Source: Eledone cirrhosa (lineage: Eukaryota). From it: DNA of 64,000 nt. Both the position numbers and the translations under genes were made by a program. Below, piece by piece: positions 39,490 to 53,698 of this stretch; positions within the stretch are counted from its first letter, which is position 1; every line of letters starts with the position of its first letter. Location of the stretch: assembly GCA_964016885.1 (NCBI GenBank), contig OZ024749.1:1488001-1552000 (forward strand), read 5' to 3'. A model generated the notes under the pieces. The model saw only the letters and a list, made by a program, of their open reading frames with translations, made no database searches and was not told where the DNA came from.

Positions 39490-40668
39490 GTATGTTTCAT
39501 AGGAAGGCTGATGGTGATAGACTGTACTTAAGGAGATCTGAAGGTAGGTCTTATCAGCATGGAGGACTGTGTTCAGATGGAGAAGAGCTGTCTACACAAA
39601 TGTGTCAGAGTAGAGAGCCAATGTTTAACCCTCTAGCATTTAACCCAGCCATACCTGGCCAGAATTCTCTCACCCTTTTCTGTTCAAACAAACCGTAACC
39701 AGCTGCTCATACTTATGCTAAGGTATTGTTCTCAAAATAAATAATATCAAAATCTCGTAGATTATGTGAGATAAAATGTTTACCATAAAAATACAATAAT
39801 AAATATAGAGTAATGTAAATGGTAAAGGGTTAAGGCTATATTGAAGGAGGAGACAATAGACCAGAGGATGTCCCAAAAAAAGAAACAACAAAGAGGAAAA
39901 ACAACCTGAATGAAAAGGTCCTTCATAGCATCTTTTTAAATACAATGGAATACAGGGATCTGCAGACATGGGTCTGTTTAAAGAAAAGGGACCTTAAGAA
40001 AGCTACAGAAGGAATGCTACTGGTTGCACAGGAGCAAGCCCTTAGAACGAAGTGGGCGAAACACCATATTAACAAGGAGGAAGCTAGCCCGCTCTATAGG
40101 ATCTGTGGAGAGAGGAAACTGTGGCTTACATCGCATCCAAGTGTAAACACCTAGCCCAGACTCACTATACAGGATGAAAGCTTGATATCATAGGAAAAGT
40201 GATTAACAGGCATTTATGTAAACTGAACAAATTACTTCATTCTGAGAAGTGGTATGAGCATAAGCCAGAGTCGGTGATAGAAAACGATTGGGTGAAGGTG
40301 TTGTGGGATTTTAGGATACAAACAGACATTAGAACACAGTAGGCCTGACCTGGTGGTTATTGACAAGGAAAAAAGATCTTGCTTGATTATAGATGTAGCC
40401 TGCCTCTTTGACACATGAGTGCAAGAAAAGGAGAAGGAGAAAATTTACCGATACCAGGATTTAAAGTGGGAACTGAAAAGAATTTGGGTCTGTCATGAGA
40501 TCGAGGTCATCCTGATTGCCATAGGAACACTAGGTACTATCTCGAAGAGCTTCCAAGGCTGGTTAAAGAACATTTGTCCAGCCCCCTTCATTGGAACATT
40601 CCAGAAGACATGCCTACTGGGAACAGCAAGGACCCTCCTATACGTCCTGAATATCTGGTGTTGGTGGT
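39490..40668 (+). mobile_element. R4/Dong-clade RLE LINE, 3' portion, decayed
   Basis: LKKATEGMLLVAQEQALRT, decayed CCHC, KWYEHKPE, LWDF, RPDLVV, IIDVA, KI.RYQDL, QKTCLLGTAR. Confidence 0.88.
39625..39833 (-). mobile_element. piggyBac-like MITE nested in the R4/Dong element
   Basis: TTAACCCT...AAGGGTTAA, TTAA at both ends. Confidence 0.85.
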
Positions 40669-40880
40669 AGTGGTGCTGCTGTTGATGATGATGGTGTTGT
40701 TGGGGGTGATGTTGGTGATGGTGATAGTGATGTTGGAGGTGTTGAAAATGGTGGTGGTGATATTGTTGATGATGATGTTGTTGGTGGTGGTGATGGTGTT
40801 GATGATGATGATAGTAACGATTGTGGTGGTGATGTTAGTGATGATAATGATGTTGATAATGATGGTGGTGATGATGTGTT
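40660..40880. repeat. (GGT/GAT)n trinucleotide low-complexity tract
   Basis: Directly visible. Confidence 0.9.
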
Positions 40881-41169
40881 GACAATTATTTGCTATATTT
40901 ATCCCTGCATCAGTTGTGAAACCACAATCTATATTAACCCTTTTATTACCATACTTCTCATGAAAGACAACTTATGATGTCCTAATATATAGCACCTTGA
41001 TGTTCATTGGGACAAATTTTCCAGTTAAATAACATCAATAACTGAAATATGAAAGTGATAATAATTATAATCACAACAATAATTCTAATGGTTTGAATTT
41101 AGTAAATTGATTACATTTACTTTGTCCAATACTTGACTGGTACCTGGTACTTTATTTTTATCAAACCCG

Positions 41170-41405
41170 ATCTGATCGATCAACAAGATCCCAGACCTCA
41201 TTCACTTGCCAACCTCATTCGAACCGAGGAAACAATGTTTCCATTGATCTCTCCATAGCTAATACTATCTACCAGTTGCAACTCCTGGAAGAAGGAGCAA
41301 CGTGAAATAAAGTGTCTTGTTAAAGGATACAACACATCACCCAGTCTGAGAATTGAACTCACAATCTCACGATTGTGAATCCAACTAACCACTGAACCAC
41401 ACCCC
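41170..41405 (-). mobile_element. SINE family 3 copy interrupting a SINE family 1 copy
   Basis: Family 1 pieces at ~41140-41168 and ~41412-41500 flank it. Confidence 0.7.
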
Positions 41406-42603
41406 TTCCTGTTATCAAACCCAGAAAGATGAAAAGCAAAGTTGACCTTGGTGAGATTTGAACTCCAAACACAGAGAACCAGAATGAATACTGCAATGTC
41501 ATTCTAACCAGCATCATACTAACACCCCTAACAATTCACCACCTTCTGTTCAGAATACCCTAATTATATTATTCCACTTTGCCATTGGATCTGATTCTCA
41601 TAGCAGACTACATGTGATGGCTGGTGTAGAATGCTCTATTCATTAGACTAACCATTTCACTATCTAATGAAAGACATCATCCTCATAATCATTTAATGTC
41701 CATTTTCCATGCTAGCATGAGTAGGACGGACTGTCCCTTTGGGAAAGAGCAGGTCGGAAGACTGTGTTTCTCTCACCCGGGGATGATTTTGGCTTGGTTT
41801 CCACAGCTGGATGCCTTGCCTTATAATTTTCACATTTTGAAAATAATAAAGAATTTGGAGGGATTTAGTAAACTAATTTTTGCTTAATTTATCTAGTTAT
41901 ATAAAATTATAATGGAAGGTTTTTAGATAGATATAAACATTCTAACCTTTCTTTTGAAAAACTGCCACACTGCCTATAATATTCAAATCATTTTGAAAAT
42001 AAAGAATTTGGAGGGATTTAGTAATATAAATAACTTTCTCATTATTAAACTCATGTTTGGAACATAAAATAACCTCTTCAGTGTTGTAGACGAGATAACT
42101 CGTTTTAACATGTATACATTCCAGTGCCACAGACGAGATACCTCATTTCCAACAGTTCATAACTTCACTTTACTGGAAAAAAACCAGCACAGCAACTGTA
42201 GCTGTGTAAAATATACGCGGCAATCAACAGGTTAAAGGTTCTTACATATATTATGATGTTTTCTGTTATAGATAAATATAAACACTTTAAAATAAAGAGT
42301 TTGGTGTTGTAGAACCACGGTTTCAAGTAATTAATGGTAGGTAACACCTGGTACACAGATTTTTCTGTGTGTAGGTGGAGTTTACAACAAACATAGGTGA
42401 ACATATGCATAAGAGTGTGTTTGGCATGTGTGTGTGTTTTCCTTGTGCTTTTGCATATGTATGTGTGCATGTGTATGTGCATGTTTTGCATTTTGTGTGA
42501 ATGTGCATGTGTATGTTTTGTATTCATTTGAGTACAAATGGATCTGTTACCAGTTTCCACAAGTTCACTTCATCCATCAGCTGGTTTAACACCACTTCAT
42601 CCA

Positions 42604-42740
42604 TCCACAGTTTCCACAACACCACTTTACCCTACCACAGTTTCCACAACACCACTTCATCCTACCACAGTTTCCACAACACCACTTTACCCTACCACAG
42701 TTTCCACAACACCACTTCATCCTACTACAGTTTCCACTTA
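42604..42740. repeat. 30-bp minisatellite, ~4.5 units
   Basis: ACCACAGTTTCCACAACACCACTT(TAC/CAT)CCT alternating. Confidence 0.85.
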
Positions 42741-43688
42741 TCCATCAGCTAGTTTAACATCATCACTTCATCCTACTACAGAATCCTTCGCTTACTTGTT
42801 GAGGAAGTATAGCTAAATGGTTAAGAAATTCACTTTGTAATCATTAAATTCTGGGTTCAATCCCACTGCGTGGCTTCTTGGGCAAGTGTTATTTACCATA
42901 GTTACAAGTTAACCCATGTCTTGGGAGTGAAATTGGGGAGATGGTGACTGTTTGAAAGCCTGCAGGTGAAATGCACCTGTAATTTAAGGAACCAGCCTTG
43001 TCACACATTGTATTGCACTGAATCTCCCTGAGAATTAAGAGTACACATGTCTGTGTAATGCTCAGCCACTTACACGATAATTTTAAGAGCAGGATGGTCT
43101 GTTAATTGAACACCTGGAACACCATCGAAACTGATAGCAGTCCATTCCTTGTTTTTAATTCAACAATGATTAATAAGACTAGACTTAATGAGCTAATGTA
43201 GAGTGTATCATTGAAATTGTGGCCAAAGTTAGAATTATTTGAGGAAATAATCTTAAGACAATGGCATAGAAAGTGCTACAAGGAGTGGAAGAAGAAGAAA
43301 CATATACAATAGAAAAACAGATTAGATCCAACAGTTGTGTTTACAAGAAATCATTGAAAGACTTTACAAAATGCCATCACTTTTGACAATGTGGGCACAC
43401 TAGACAAACTTGGTTTCATTAATTCAGAAACTGCCCCAGATTTATGATACAAAACTGCTCATTATAAAGTGCTCATTTTAAAACATTTCATCATAATTTT
43501 ATTTTAGAAATATAATCTTCTAAATATCAGCTTACTAATTAAAAACATTTATTTTAATAAATTCCTCCAAATGTTTTGATATTTTCAAAATTAATTGAAA
43601 CAGTGTGTCTTTCATTAGAAAGACAGCAATGAAAGCTGGAATTTATCACTACACAGTCCACACTCACCAAAACCAAATCACACTACAC

Positions 43689-44030
43689 CAGTGGTTGCCA
43701 ACTGGCGGTCTGAGAGAAAATTTTGGACATTATTTTTATGTTTTATTATTGATAAAACAAAAATAATATTTAGTTAAAATATATTTTATAACACACCTAA
43801 AGATGTTTCTCCTCGGTAAAGAACTAACATCCATGAAAAAATGTTTACTCATATGAATCATCTATCGACAATATGACACACGCACGCTTGAGTATTGTTT
43901 AATAAAATGGAAGTTCTCTGATCATTATTTTACAAATGTATTTATCTTTTTAAAATTCATATTAGTGGTCTGCAGGATTTAAAATTATGAATTTAGTGAT
44001 CGGTGAGGTCCGAAAGGTTGGTGACCTCTG
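43689..44030. mobile_element. hAT-like MITE
   Basis: Imperfect TIRs CAGTGGTTGCCAAC ... GTTGGTGACCTCTG; TSD not clean. Confidence 0.55.
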
Positions 44031-44537
44031 GTTTAGATAACAAACTTTGTCACACACTGTCATGCTGAATCCTTCAGAGAACTACATTAAAAGCACATAT
44101 CTGTGGAATACTCAGCCATTTATATTATAATACAAGACACTATCCCTGTAATTCGAATGGCCAGCCTTGCAATACGTGTCAAGCTGAATCTCCCTGCGAA
44201 TTACTTTAAGTGTACATGTGTCTAATGTATGCGTAGAAAACTGCACATTAATTCTACACGGCTCTGGAATATTGCCACAATGCTGCCACTCAGCAAAGAG
44301 GCTTCACAATTATTTATTGATTGGAGGAATATCCTGTACCAAATCAATCCACATTAACTAGATTTTCTTGCAAAATACAAAACAGAATTATAACTGCATC
44401 ACATTAAAAATGATGTGTTCATTAGTAAAGATATAAACATTCAAATTAACAAAACTGTTTTTAGATATAGTAATTTTCTGCTAAATTATTACATGGTGTT
44501 AAGAGTTAATTTGACAACTTTGTAGAAAACTAATCCT

Positions 44538-44760
44538 TTAACCCTTTAGTTTTTAAACCAGCGTGAATTCTCTCTCCTCTTTCTGTTCAAACCGGTCGCA
44601 ACCAGCTGCTCATACCAATGTTAAGGTATTCTTCTCAAATAATTTCAAAATCTCAGATTCGATATTATGTGAGATAAAGTGTTTACCGTGAAAATACAAT
44701 AGTAAATATAGAGTAAATATAGAGTAAATATATAGTAAATATAGAGTAAATATAGAGTAA
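44538..44760 (-). mobile_element. piggyBac-like MITE copy with AGTAAATATAG repeats at one end
   Basis: Collinear with 39625-39833. Confidence 0.7.
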
Positions 44761-45148
44761 AGCACTCCCTCTAAGGTGTGCAGGAATCTACTTAGTTCTC
44801 CCTGGTTGTCGGCAGTGAATTGGCAGAGTCGTTAGAACATTGGATGTTTTGTGGCATTACTTCTGGCTCTCTGCACTCAGAGTTCAAATCACACTGAGGT
44901 TAACTTGGTCTTTCATCCTTTTGAGGTTGATGAAATAAGTACAATTTCTTAACTGGAAGGAATCTGACTTAGAGAGGGATGGGCTCTGCCAGATATAGAA
45001 AAAATGCCTAAGAAATGTTATATAACACTAAGGCGCCCATATGATCCCTCCAAGAGTTATGGGTTCCTTCATACATACATACCTGGTTGTATTTATTTTA
45101 AACTAGATGCAGTTGAAATTCTCCAAAGGAACGAAGTTCAATATTTAT

Positions 45149-45779
45149 TTAACCCTTTACTATTTACATTACTCTATATATTCTATTGTATTTTCCCAGC
45201 AAAGACTTTACCTCACATAATATCGAAGCGACGAGATTTTGATATTTATTTTGAGAACAATACCTTAACATAAGTACAAGCAGTCAGTTATGGCCAGTTT
45301 GAACAGGAAAGTGAGAAAAACTTGGTCGAATACGGCCGGTTTGAACAGAAAAGTGAGATAATTCAGGTCGGATACGGCCAGTTTGAACAGAAAAGTGAGA
45401 AAATTCTGGTCGGATACGGCCAGTTTGAACAGAAAAGTGAGATAATTCTGGTCGGATACGGCTGGTTTAAACAGAAAAGTGAGATAATTCTGGTCGGATA
45501 CGGCCAGTTTGAACAGAAAAGTGAGAAAATTCTGGTCGGATACGGCCAGTTTGAACAGAAAAGTGAGATAATTTTGGTCGGATACGGCCAGTTTGAACAG
45601 AAAAGTGAGATAATTCTGGTTGGATACGGTCGGTTTAAACAGAAAAGTGAGATAATTCTGGTTGGATACGGTCGGTTTAAACAGAAAAGTGAGATAATTC
45701 TGGTCGGATACGGCTGGTTTAAACAGAAAAGTGAGATAATTCTGGTTGGATACGGTCGGTTTAAATGCTAAACAATTAA
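45149..45779 (+). mobile_element. piggyBac-like MITE carrying a 42-bp x ~11 tandem amplification (45291-45763)
   Basis: TTAACCCTTTA start; unit TACGGCCAGTTTGAACAGAAAAGTGAGATAATTCTGGTCGGA is single-copy in the other MITE copies. Confidence 0.85.
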
Positions 45780-45945
45780 GTGTAGAGGATTGACAGAGTA
45801 TTAGAGTGTTGGACAACATGTTTTGCGTAGTTAGCGCTCTTTATGTTCTGAGTTCAAATCCTGCTGAGGTCAGCTTTGCCTTTCATCTTTACGGGGTCAG
45901 TAAAGTACAAATTGCTGGCCTTGTCCCTAAAGTAGAAACAACTAT
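45780..45945 (+). mobile_element. SINE family 1 copy (another at ~44810-44945)
   Basis: GAGTTCAAATCC..GAGGTCAGCTTTGCCTTTCATC..GGCCTTGTCCCTAAAGTAGAAAC. Confidence 0.75.
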
Positions 45946-46542
45946 AAATTTAAGAAAATGCTAAATTATTTATATATTACATCCTGTCATATGATGCTTG
46001 CCTCCAGTTCACAGCAATCCTTTCTGCTGTATCTGTGTCTCTTTTGTTTCAGTCTGTATTCTCTGAGGAGACTCCCAGACTTCACCACAGTGTATCTCTC
46101 TGTTGTTTCATCTCCTAATCAGCAGCTCTTTATCTTAGATCCTCATTTCTTTGATATCTTAGCTCTTGTTTCTCATTAACAAACCTCACTGTAATTCTTC
46201 CATCTATTCTTTCTTCTCTCTTTGTTCTGCAGTTCAGCAGCAACTTCAGTTCAATTGTTGCAATCTACTTCCTCTTCTGCATCTTTGCACATCTCTCTCT
46301 CTCTCTCTCTCTCTCTTACCAACTGTCTCGGATCTCCTCTCTCTCTCTCTTACCAACTGTCTCGGATCTCCCCTCTCTCGCTCTCTCTGTCTGGGATCTT
46401 CTCTCTCTCTCTCTGGGATCTTCTCTCTCTCTCTCTCCGAGATCTCTCTCTCTCTCTGTCTGTCTGAGATCTCTCTCTCTCTGGGATCTTCAGTATATTG
46501 TCACATGCACTACATCTGCAGTATAGTGCATCACCACCTTGC

Positions 46543-47541
46543 ACATGCCACACAACACCTCTACTATGTCCTATACATGCCACACAACACCACTCTACTA
46601 TGTCCTATACATGTCACACAACACCTCTCTACTATGTCCTATACATGCCACACAACACCTCTCTACTATGTCCTACACATGTCACACAACATCTCTCTAC
46701 TATGTCCTATACATGTCACACACCACTCTACTATGTCCTATACATGTCACACAACACCTCTCTACTATGTCCTATACATGTCACACAACACCTCTCTACT
46801 ATGTCCTATACATGCCACACAACACCTCTCTACTATGTCCTATACATGTCACACACCTCTCTACTATGTCCTATACATGTCACACAACACCTCTCTACTA
46901 TGTCCTATACATGCCACACAACACCTCTCTACTATGTCCTACACATGTCACACAACATCTCTCTACTATGTCCTATACATGTCACACACCACTCTACTAT
47001 ATCCTATACATGTCACACAACACCTCTCTACTATGTCCTATACATGCCACACAACACCTCTCTACTATGTCCTATACATGTCACACACCTCTCTACTATG
47101 TCCTATACATGTCACACAACACCTCTCTACTATGTCCTATACATGCCACACAACACCTCTCTACTATGTCCTATACATGTCACACAACACCTCTCTACTA
47201 TGTCCTGTACATGCCACACAACACTCTCTACTATGTCCTATACATGTCACACACCTCTCTACTATGTCCTATACATGCCACACAACACCTCTCTACTATG
47301 TCCTATACATGTCACACAACACCTCTCTACTATGTCCTATACATGTCACACAACACCTCTCTACTATGTCCTATACATGCCACACAACACCTCTCTACTA
47401 TGTCCTATACATGTCACACAACACCTCTCTACTATGTCCTATACATGTCACACACCTCTCTACTATGTCCTATACATGTCACACACCTCTCTACTATGTC
47501 CTATACATGTCACACACCTCTCTACTATGTCCTATACATGC
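46543..47541. repeat. 34/31-bp minisatellite, ~30 units
   Basis: Unit CACAACACCTCTCTACTATGTCCTATACATGTCA. Confidence 0.95.
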
Positions 47542-47629
47542 TATAAAATGTATATCTGCTTCACTGGGATCTGCACAATAAATATTTGTATTTATACACT
47601 GCACTTGCATTATGTCTATCTGCTTCTAT

Positions 47630-47900
47630 GTCCTGCACATGCTGCACCATGTAGAACTGCATCTCTGGGACCTGCACATGCTGCACAATGTAGAACTGCA
47701 TATCGGACTTGCACATGCTGCACAATGTAGGACTGCAATTCTGGGACCTGCACATGCTGCACCATGTAGAACTGCATCTCTGGGACCTGCACGTGCTGCA
47801 CAATGTAGGAATGCATCTCTGGGACCTGCATATGCTGCACAATGTAGGACTGCATCTCTGGGACCTGCACATGCTGCACAATGAAGGACTGCATCTCTGC
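47630..47900. repeat. 39-bp minisatellite, ~7 units
   Basis: Unit GGACCTGCACATGCTGCACAATGTAGAACTGCATCTCTG. Confidence 0.9.
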
Positions 47901-48499
47901 ACTTATGTCTTGTACTTACACATTATCTGCACTTTCTGCTAATATCTACACTTACTGCACAATGTATGTCTGCTGCACTTGTTCTTTGTTCCATATTGTA
48001 TTCTTTTTTTAGAACCTGTCTTTTACACATTACTTTTCTCTTCACACACTCTCTCTCTCTCATCAATCTCTTTCACTCCCTTTCTCACTCTTTCTCCAAC
48101 TCATTGTTCTTACCATTTCTTCCCTTTCACACACACCAGTAAAGTGGTTGGTGTTAGGAAGGGCATCCAGCCATTGAAACCATGCCAAATATGGAACATA
48201 TGGGTAAGGAGAGTCTCTCCGACCTGTTTAGTCACAGTCTGTGACAACCTGTCCAACACATGTTAGCATGGAAAACAGACAGAAAATGATTTTCACACAC
48301 ATACACACACCCTTTGGTGACATAATAAAACACTGAGTAGGCACTAAAGCAGTTGGTCACAAGAAGAGCATCAGGCAATAGGAACGTTGCCAGAGGAGCC
48401 CTCAGTTATGTCAAAGACATCACTATGTCTTTAGTCCTGATGCCATGCTAAGATGTATGGTGAACTCTGAAAAGTGAGGAGAAAATAGATAAACAAGAA

Positions 48500-49327
48500 G
48501 CAGCTCCTAGCCTATCTCAGAGTACAGTGTCTCCAAGTACTGAGTTGGTCTACTGTTGACCCATTCAACCCCTGCTAACAGAGCAGCTCCTAGCCTATAT
48601 CAGAGTACAGTGTCTCCAAGTACTGAGTTGGTCTACTGTTGACCCATTCAACCCCTGCTAACAGAGCAGCTCCTAGCCTATATCAGAGTACAGTGTCTCC
48701 AAGTACTGAGTTGGTCTACTGTTGACCCATCCAACCCCTGCTAACAGAGCAGCTCCTAGCCTATCTCAGAGTACAGTGTCTCCAAGTACTGAGTCGGTCT
48801 ACTGTTGACCCATTCAACCCCTGCTAACAGAGCAGCTCCTAGCCTATATCAGAGTACAGTGTCTCCAAGTACTGAGTCGGTCTACTGTTGACCCATTCAA
48901 CCCCTGCTAACAGAGCAGCTCCTAGCCTATATCAGAGTACAGTGTCTCCAAGTACTGAGTTGGTCTACTGTTGACCCATTCAACCCCTGCTAACAGAGCA
49001 GCTCCTAGCCTATATCAGAGTACAGTGTCTCCAAGTACTGAGTTGGTCTACTGTTGACCCATTCAACCCCTGCTAACAGAGCAGCTCCTAGCCTATATCA
49101 GAGTACAGTGTCTCCAAGTACTGAGTTGGTCTACTGTTGACCCATCCAACCCCTGCTAACAGAGCAGCTCCTAGCCTATCTCAGAGTACAGTGTCTCCAA
49201 GTACTGAGTCGGTCTACTGTTGACCCATTCAACCCCTGCTAACAGAGCAGCTCCTAGCCTATATCAGAGTACAGTGTCTCCAAGTACTGAGTTGGTCTAC
49301 TGTTGACCCATCCAACCCCTGCTAACA
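48500..49327. repeat. 83-bp minisatellite, 10 near-identical units
   Basis: Starts 48500, 48583 ... 49247. Confidence 0.95.
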
Positions 49328-49455
49328 ACCAAAATGGAAGAAGAGGAGAATTTCCGTTTATTATTTTCAAATTTCTGTCAATTTTCAAAATATGCACCTT
49401 TGGCTTTTAGCATGTTTCTGCTTCTTTTACACTCAAACACAGACAGACATATATA

Positions 49456-50108
49456 TGTAGCGAAATCTATCGCGCCTTGAACCTTGAGTGACACCTAAAG
49501 ATCAAATTCTAGGTCAACACCCTTTTGGTGTGATCAAGTTGATGCGTGGGCTGTCCCCTCAGGTTGGGGGACAGGAAGTGACAGCTATATATAGAGCCTG
49601 TATCAAGTTATTTTGAGCAGAGACATTGGAGCATTACGCTAGCAACTAAAGATTCACCACTATCAACAGACCCCATGAGGTCTACAGATACACCCAGAGC
49701 GATTGGAACCCTACTACTACAGAACACAAATGTGGAAGATTCACCGCTGTCTGCAGGCCACGTTAGTTCACAATTACAGACCATTCAGAGATATACATAC
49801 CATATCTCTACCATGGACTCCAAATTCCAACAACAACAACAACAATTATCTGTCTCTCGCTGTTTTCACACCAACAACAGACTACAACAGCCTCACATCA
49901 ACAACAAAATAATATTGTCAATCTTTGCAACTTATGGTAACTTGTTTATTGTACTTTTTAATTGATTCACGTGAAGTAAACTATATATAAACCAAATCAT
50001 TTATTCTTTATATTCTCGTTATTACATTTACTATTATTCATGTTATTACATCTAACAACTCTGTCATAACCATTCTATAACAATTTCTCATTTTAACCCT
50101 TCGTTAAA
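49456..50108 (+). mobile_element. Possible solo LTR
   Basis: Begins TGTAGCG in TA context, TATA-like CTATATATAGAG at ~49585, ends CGTTAAA (imperfect inverted terminus); no internal ORF. Confidence 0.45.
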
Positions 50109-50399
50109 TGTATATATATATATACACACATACTCGTATACACACATACACAGAAAGGTATATATACATACATACTTGTACACACACACAAACACAGGCT
50201 GACATATACACATACGCACACATGCACTTACACGGTCTTTCAAACATAGTTTTACTTTCGTCGTATTGAAGGCCAGCTGGTGCCAGCATACTAAGTGTCA
50301 GATGGAAGTGAAAGATGGAGAGTAGAAAGGATGTGAGAAGGCTGGAGAGAAAGAAAGTATGTGTCCATGAATGTGTGATCATCATTTAACATTCACTTG

Positions 50400-50740
50400 A
50401 CACGCTAGCATGGGTTAGACAATGTTGAAGTAAATACTTGGCAATGCGTGGATGGGGTGAGAGAAAAACTGGGTATAAGAGGAACCAAATGTAGTGTACA
50501 AGAGAGAGGACTGCACTGGTATGGACATGTGATGAAAAGATGTTCAATGGGTGAAGAAGTTCCAGGAATTCCCAGTGGAAGAAAGCTGCAGTAGAGGGAG
50601 ATCAAGGAAAACCTAAGCAAAAGTGAGAGTTGATCTCAAAATGCTGAAACTCATCAGGGGATGACAAAGGAACGCAGAAGCTGTGCTGGAAAAAACCCGT
50701 TCAACCCATGCTAGTATGGAAATGCAGAAATGATGATGAC
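50400..50740 (+). mobile_element. Decayed RTE 3' fragment
   Basis: REKLGIRG.KC.VQER.LHWYGHV; tail AACCCATGCTAGTATGGAAA..(TGA)n. Confidence 0.75.
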
Positions 50741-51584
50741 AGACATCTCTCACTTTCCCTCTTCATACTCGATTGCTTCCATTTCAATCCCCCCCCCTCC
50801 CACCCCTTCCCTCTCTCATTCTGTTGTTTAAAAATTACAGACAGAAAATTAATATACAAATATATTTCCCCCAGATATTTCTGGGTCCTTCTGGCAGCTG
50901 ACTAAAACGGTCTTCAGCCTAGCCAATCTTATGAAGAATAATGTGGTTGTGTGTGTGTGTGTGTGTGAAAAAGAGAAAGTAGGAAAGAGAATTATGGATA
51001 GATATACAAAAGAACACACACAATACGTTTTGTAAGGTTTATAACTTGGTATGAGTCATGATATAATGAAAATTATTGTGTACAGTGCTCAGGTGCACTA
51101 CAACTCATCAAAGGTGCATGTATATTACATAGAATAAACAATACAATTCAAACTACATCAACGGACAAGAGATAAATACTAAACCAAGGTAAGAAAATAA
51201 GTGTCAATATATATGAGATATAAGACAAAGAAAAAGATTAGAGAGATGATGAGAGGGAGAGAAGGGATGAGAGGAGGGGAGGAGATGTAGAGGGGTAAAA
51301 TGGGATGAGACGGAGAGAGAGGAGATGAGAGGGAGAGAGAAGGGATGAGAGGGAGAGACATAAAGGGTAGTGAGAGAGAGTGAGAGGTAGAGAGAAATAG
51401 GTTGATACATGTTTGCTAATGAGAAAGAATATGAGGTGAGGAAAGATGAGATAATGGGGGGGGGGGGGCTATATTATTCTGTAGACATTCAAGCAGTTAA
51501 CATAGTGAGGTCTTTTAATTATATGATACTTATCAGGGGAGAACACGGTGTCACTATTGAGGTAATGATAAAATAATATACCTA

Positions 51585-51643
51585 TTTATATATATATATA
51601 TACACATATATATACATATACACACATATATATATATATAAAT

Positions 51644-51706
<63 letters not shown>

Positions 51707-53396
51707 CACATATATATATATACATATATACACATATATATATACATATATACACATATATATACATATATATACACATATACACATATATATGCATATA
51801 TATATACATATATACACATATATATACATATATATATACACATATATATACATATATACACACATATATACACATATATATACATATATATATACATATA
51901 CACATATATATACATATATATATATACATATACATATATATATACATACATATACATATATATACATATATATATATACATATACACACATATATATATA
52001 CATATATACACATATATATACATATATATATACATATATACACATATATATACATATATATATACACATATATATACATATATATATACATATACACATA
52101 TATATACATATATATACATATATATATACATATACACATATATATACATATATATATATATACATACACATATATATACATATATACACATATATATACA
52201 TATGGTGGCTGCCAACTCGTTTTCGAGTACGGCCACTACTTTATATCCATGTAGGAGAACTCCTACTGATGCGCTAAACAAGTGTGACTTTTTAGTCCAG
52301 CCAGCGACTTGAAAACTCTGGTACAAACACTACACTTGTGACAATTATTGACACATAGTGCTGGGCCCATGGTACCATGTGATGACAAGTGCAGAGAGAT
52401 CTCCAGATATAAAGCAATGCCTGTGCTGTGAAGCTTTTATAGTGAGGAAAGGCACTGCACAAAGCCAGTCCCACTCTCTTAACCAAGATGATATTTACCA
52501 AAAAGAAGAACAAGTCAACATCATTGGATACCATCAGGGTTGCAGGTGTTATATCAGAGTTTTCCTTCTCCTAGAATTCTGCCTTGACAAAGGCTAAGGG
52601 GTCATCTCTCCCGGTGATTTTGGATGGCCATTGACTCTTAAGAGCTCCTTTGCCCTTTGACAGGTTTTGTTTTTAGTCCTGCAGGATGTCCAAAGTCACC
52701 CTCCTCACCAAGAAACCTTGGTGGGGTTGCCAGTTTAGTCGCCAACGACCCGACCATGAGACAGGTTGTACTGGGATACATGTTACCAGTAGCACCAACT
52801 GGTGACCTGACATAATATATATATACATAATATATGTATATATAATATATATACATATATACACATATATACACATATATATACATATATATATATATAT
52901 ACATATACACATATATATATACATATACACATATATATATACATATACACATATATATATACATATACACATATATATATACATATACACATATATATAT
53001 ACATATACACATATATATATACATATACACATATATATATACATATACACATATATATATACATATACACATATATATACATATATATATACATATATAT
53101 ATACATATACACATATATATACATATATATATACATATACACATATATATACATATATATATATATATACATATATATACATATACACATATATATACAT
53201 ATATATATATATACATATACACATATACATATATATATATATACATATACATATATATACATATATATACATATACATACATATACATATATATACATAT
53301 ACATACATATACATATATATACATATATATACATATACATACATATACACATATATATACATATACACATATATATACATATATATATACATATAA
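51585..53396. repeat. (TA)n/(TACA)n microsatellite split by a ~610-bp insert (52203-52812)
   Basis: Directly visible. Confidence 0.95.
52203..52812 (-). mobile_element. Non-coding insert resembling an RTE 5'UTR-derived element
   Basis: Minus-strand CTAGGAGAAGGAAAACTCTGA motif recalled from RTE 5' regions; inserted in (TA)n. Confidence 0.45.
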
Positions 53397-53698
53397 ATGT
53401 CACTGGACCGAGACCCTTGGCGGTACTCAGTAATAGAGAAGACCCACCTTACCTAAATACAAAGTAAAACCTACTACAGTCAGTAGGCATCTCTAACAAA
53501 ATACACCCCCGTCCCACCACCCCCACCCCATCCACACCGCCCCCCTTCTATGTAAAGTTATGTTGGTGCCACACCATCCAGGCTGAAACAAATGAGATCG
53601 TGTAGGTGTCACGACAAAAAAACACACAGTCCACGCTGTAATGTGGCCGTGTAGGCAACACGGTAAAAACCTCCCAGACCTACACTGTAAATGTGGTT
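53397..53698 (+). mobile_element. RTE family A' 3'UTR fragment
   Basis: Near-identical to 10810-11110. Confidence 0.9.

Noticed and set aside
45265-45819. 14-aa repeat ORFs on both strands
   Set aside because: 42-bp unit comes from a non-coding MITE; frame preservation is coincidental
46166-47730. 335-471 aa ORFs in three frames
   Set aside because: Produced by the stop-free 34/31-bp minisatellite; no domain or splice support
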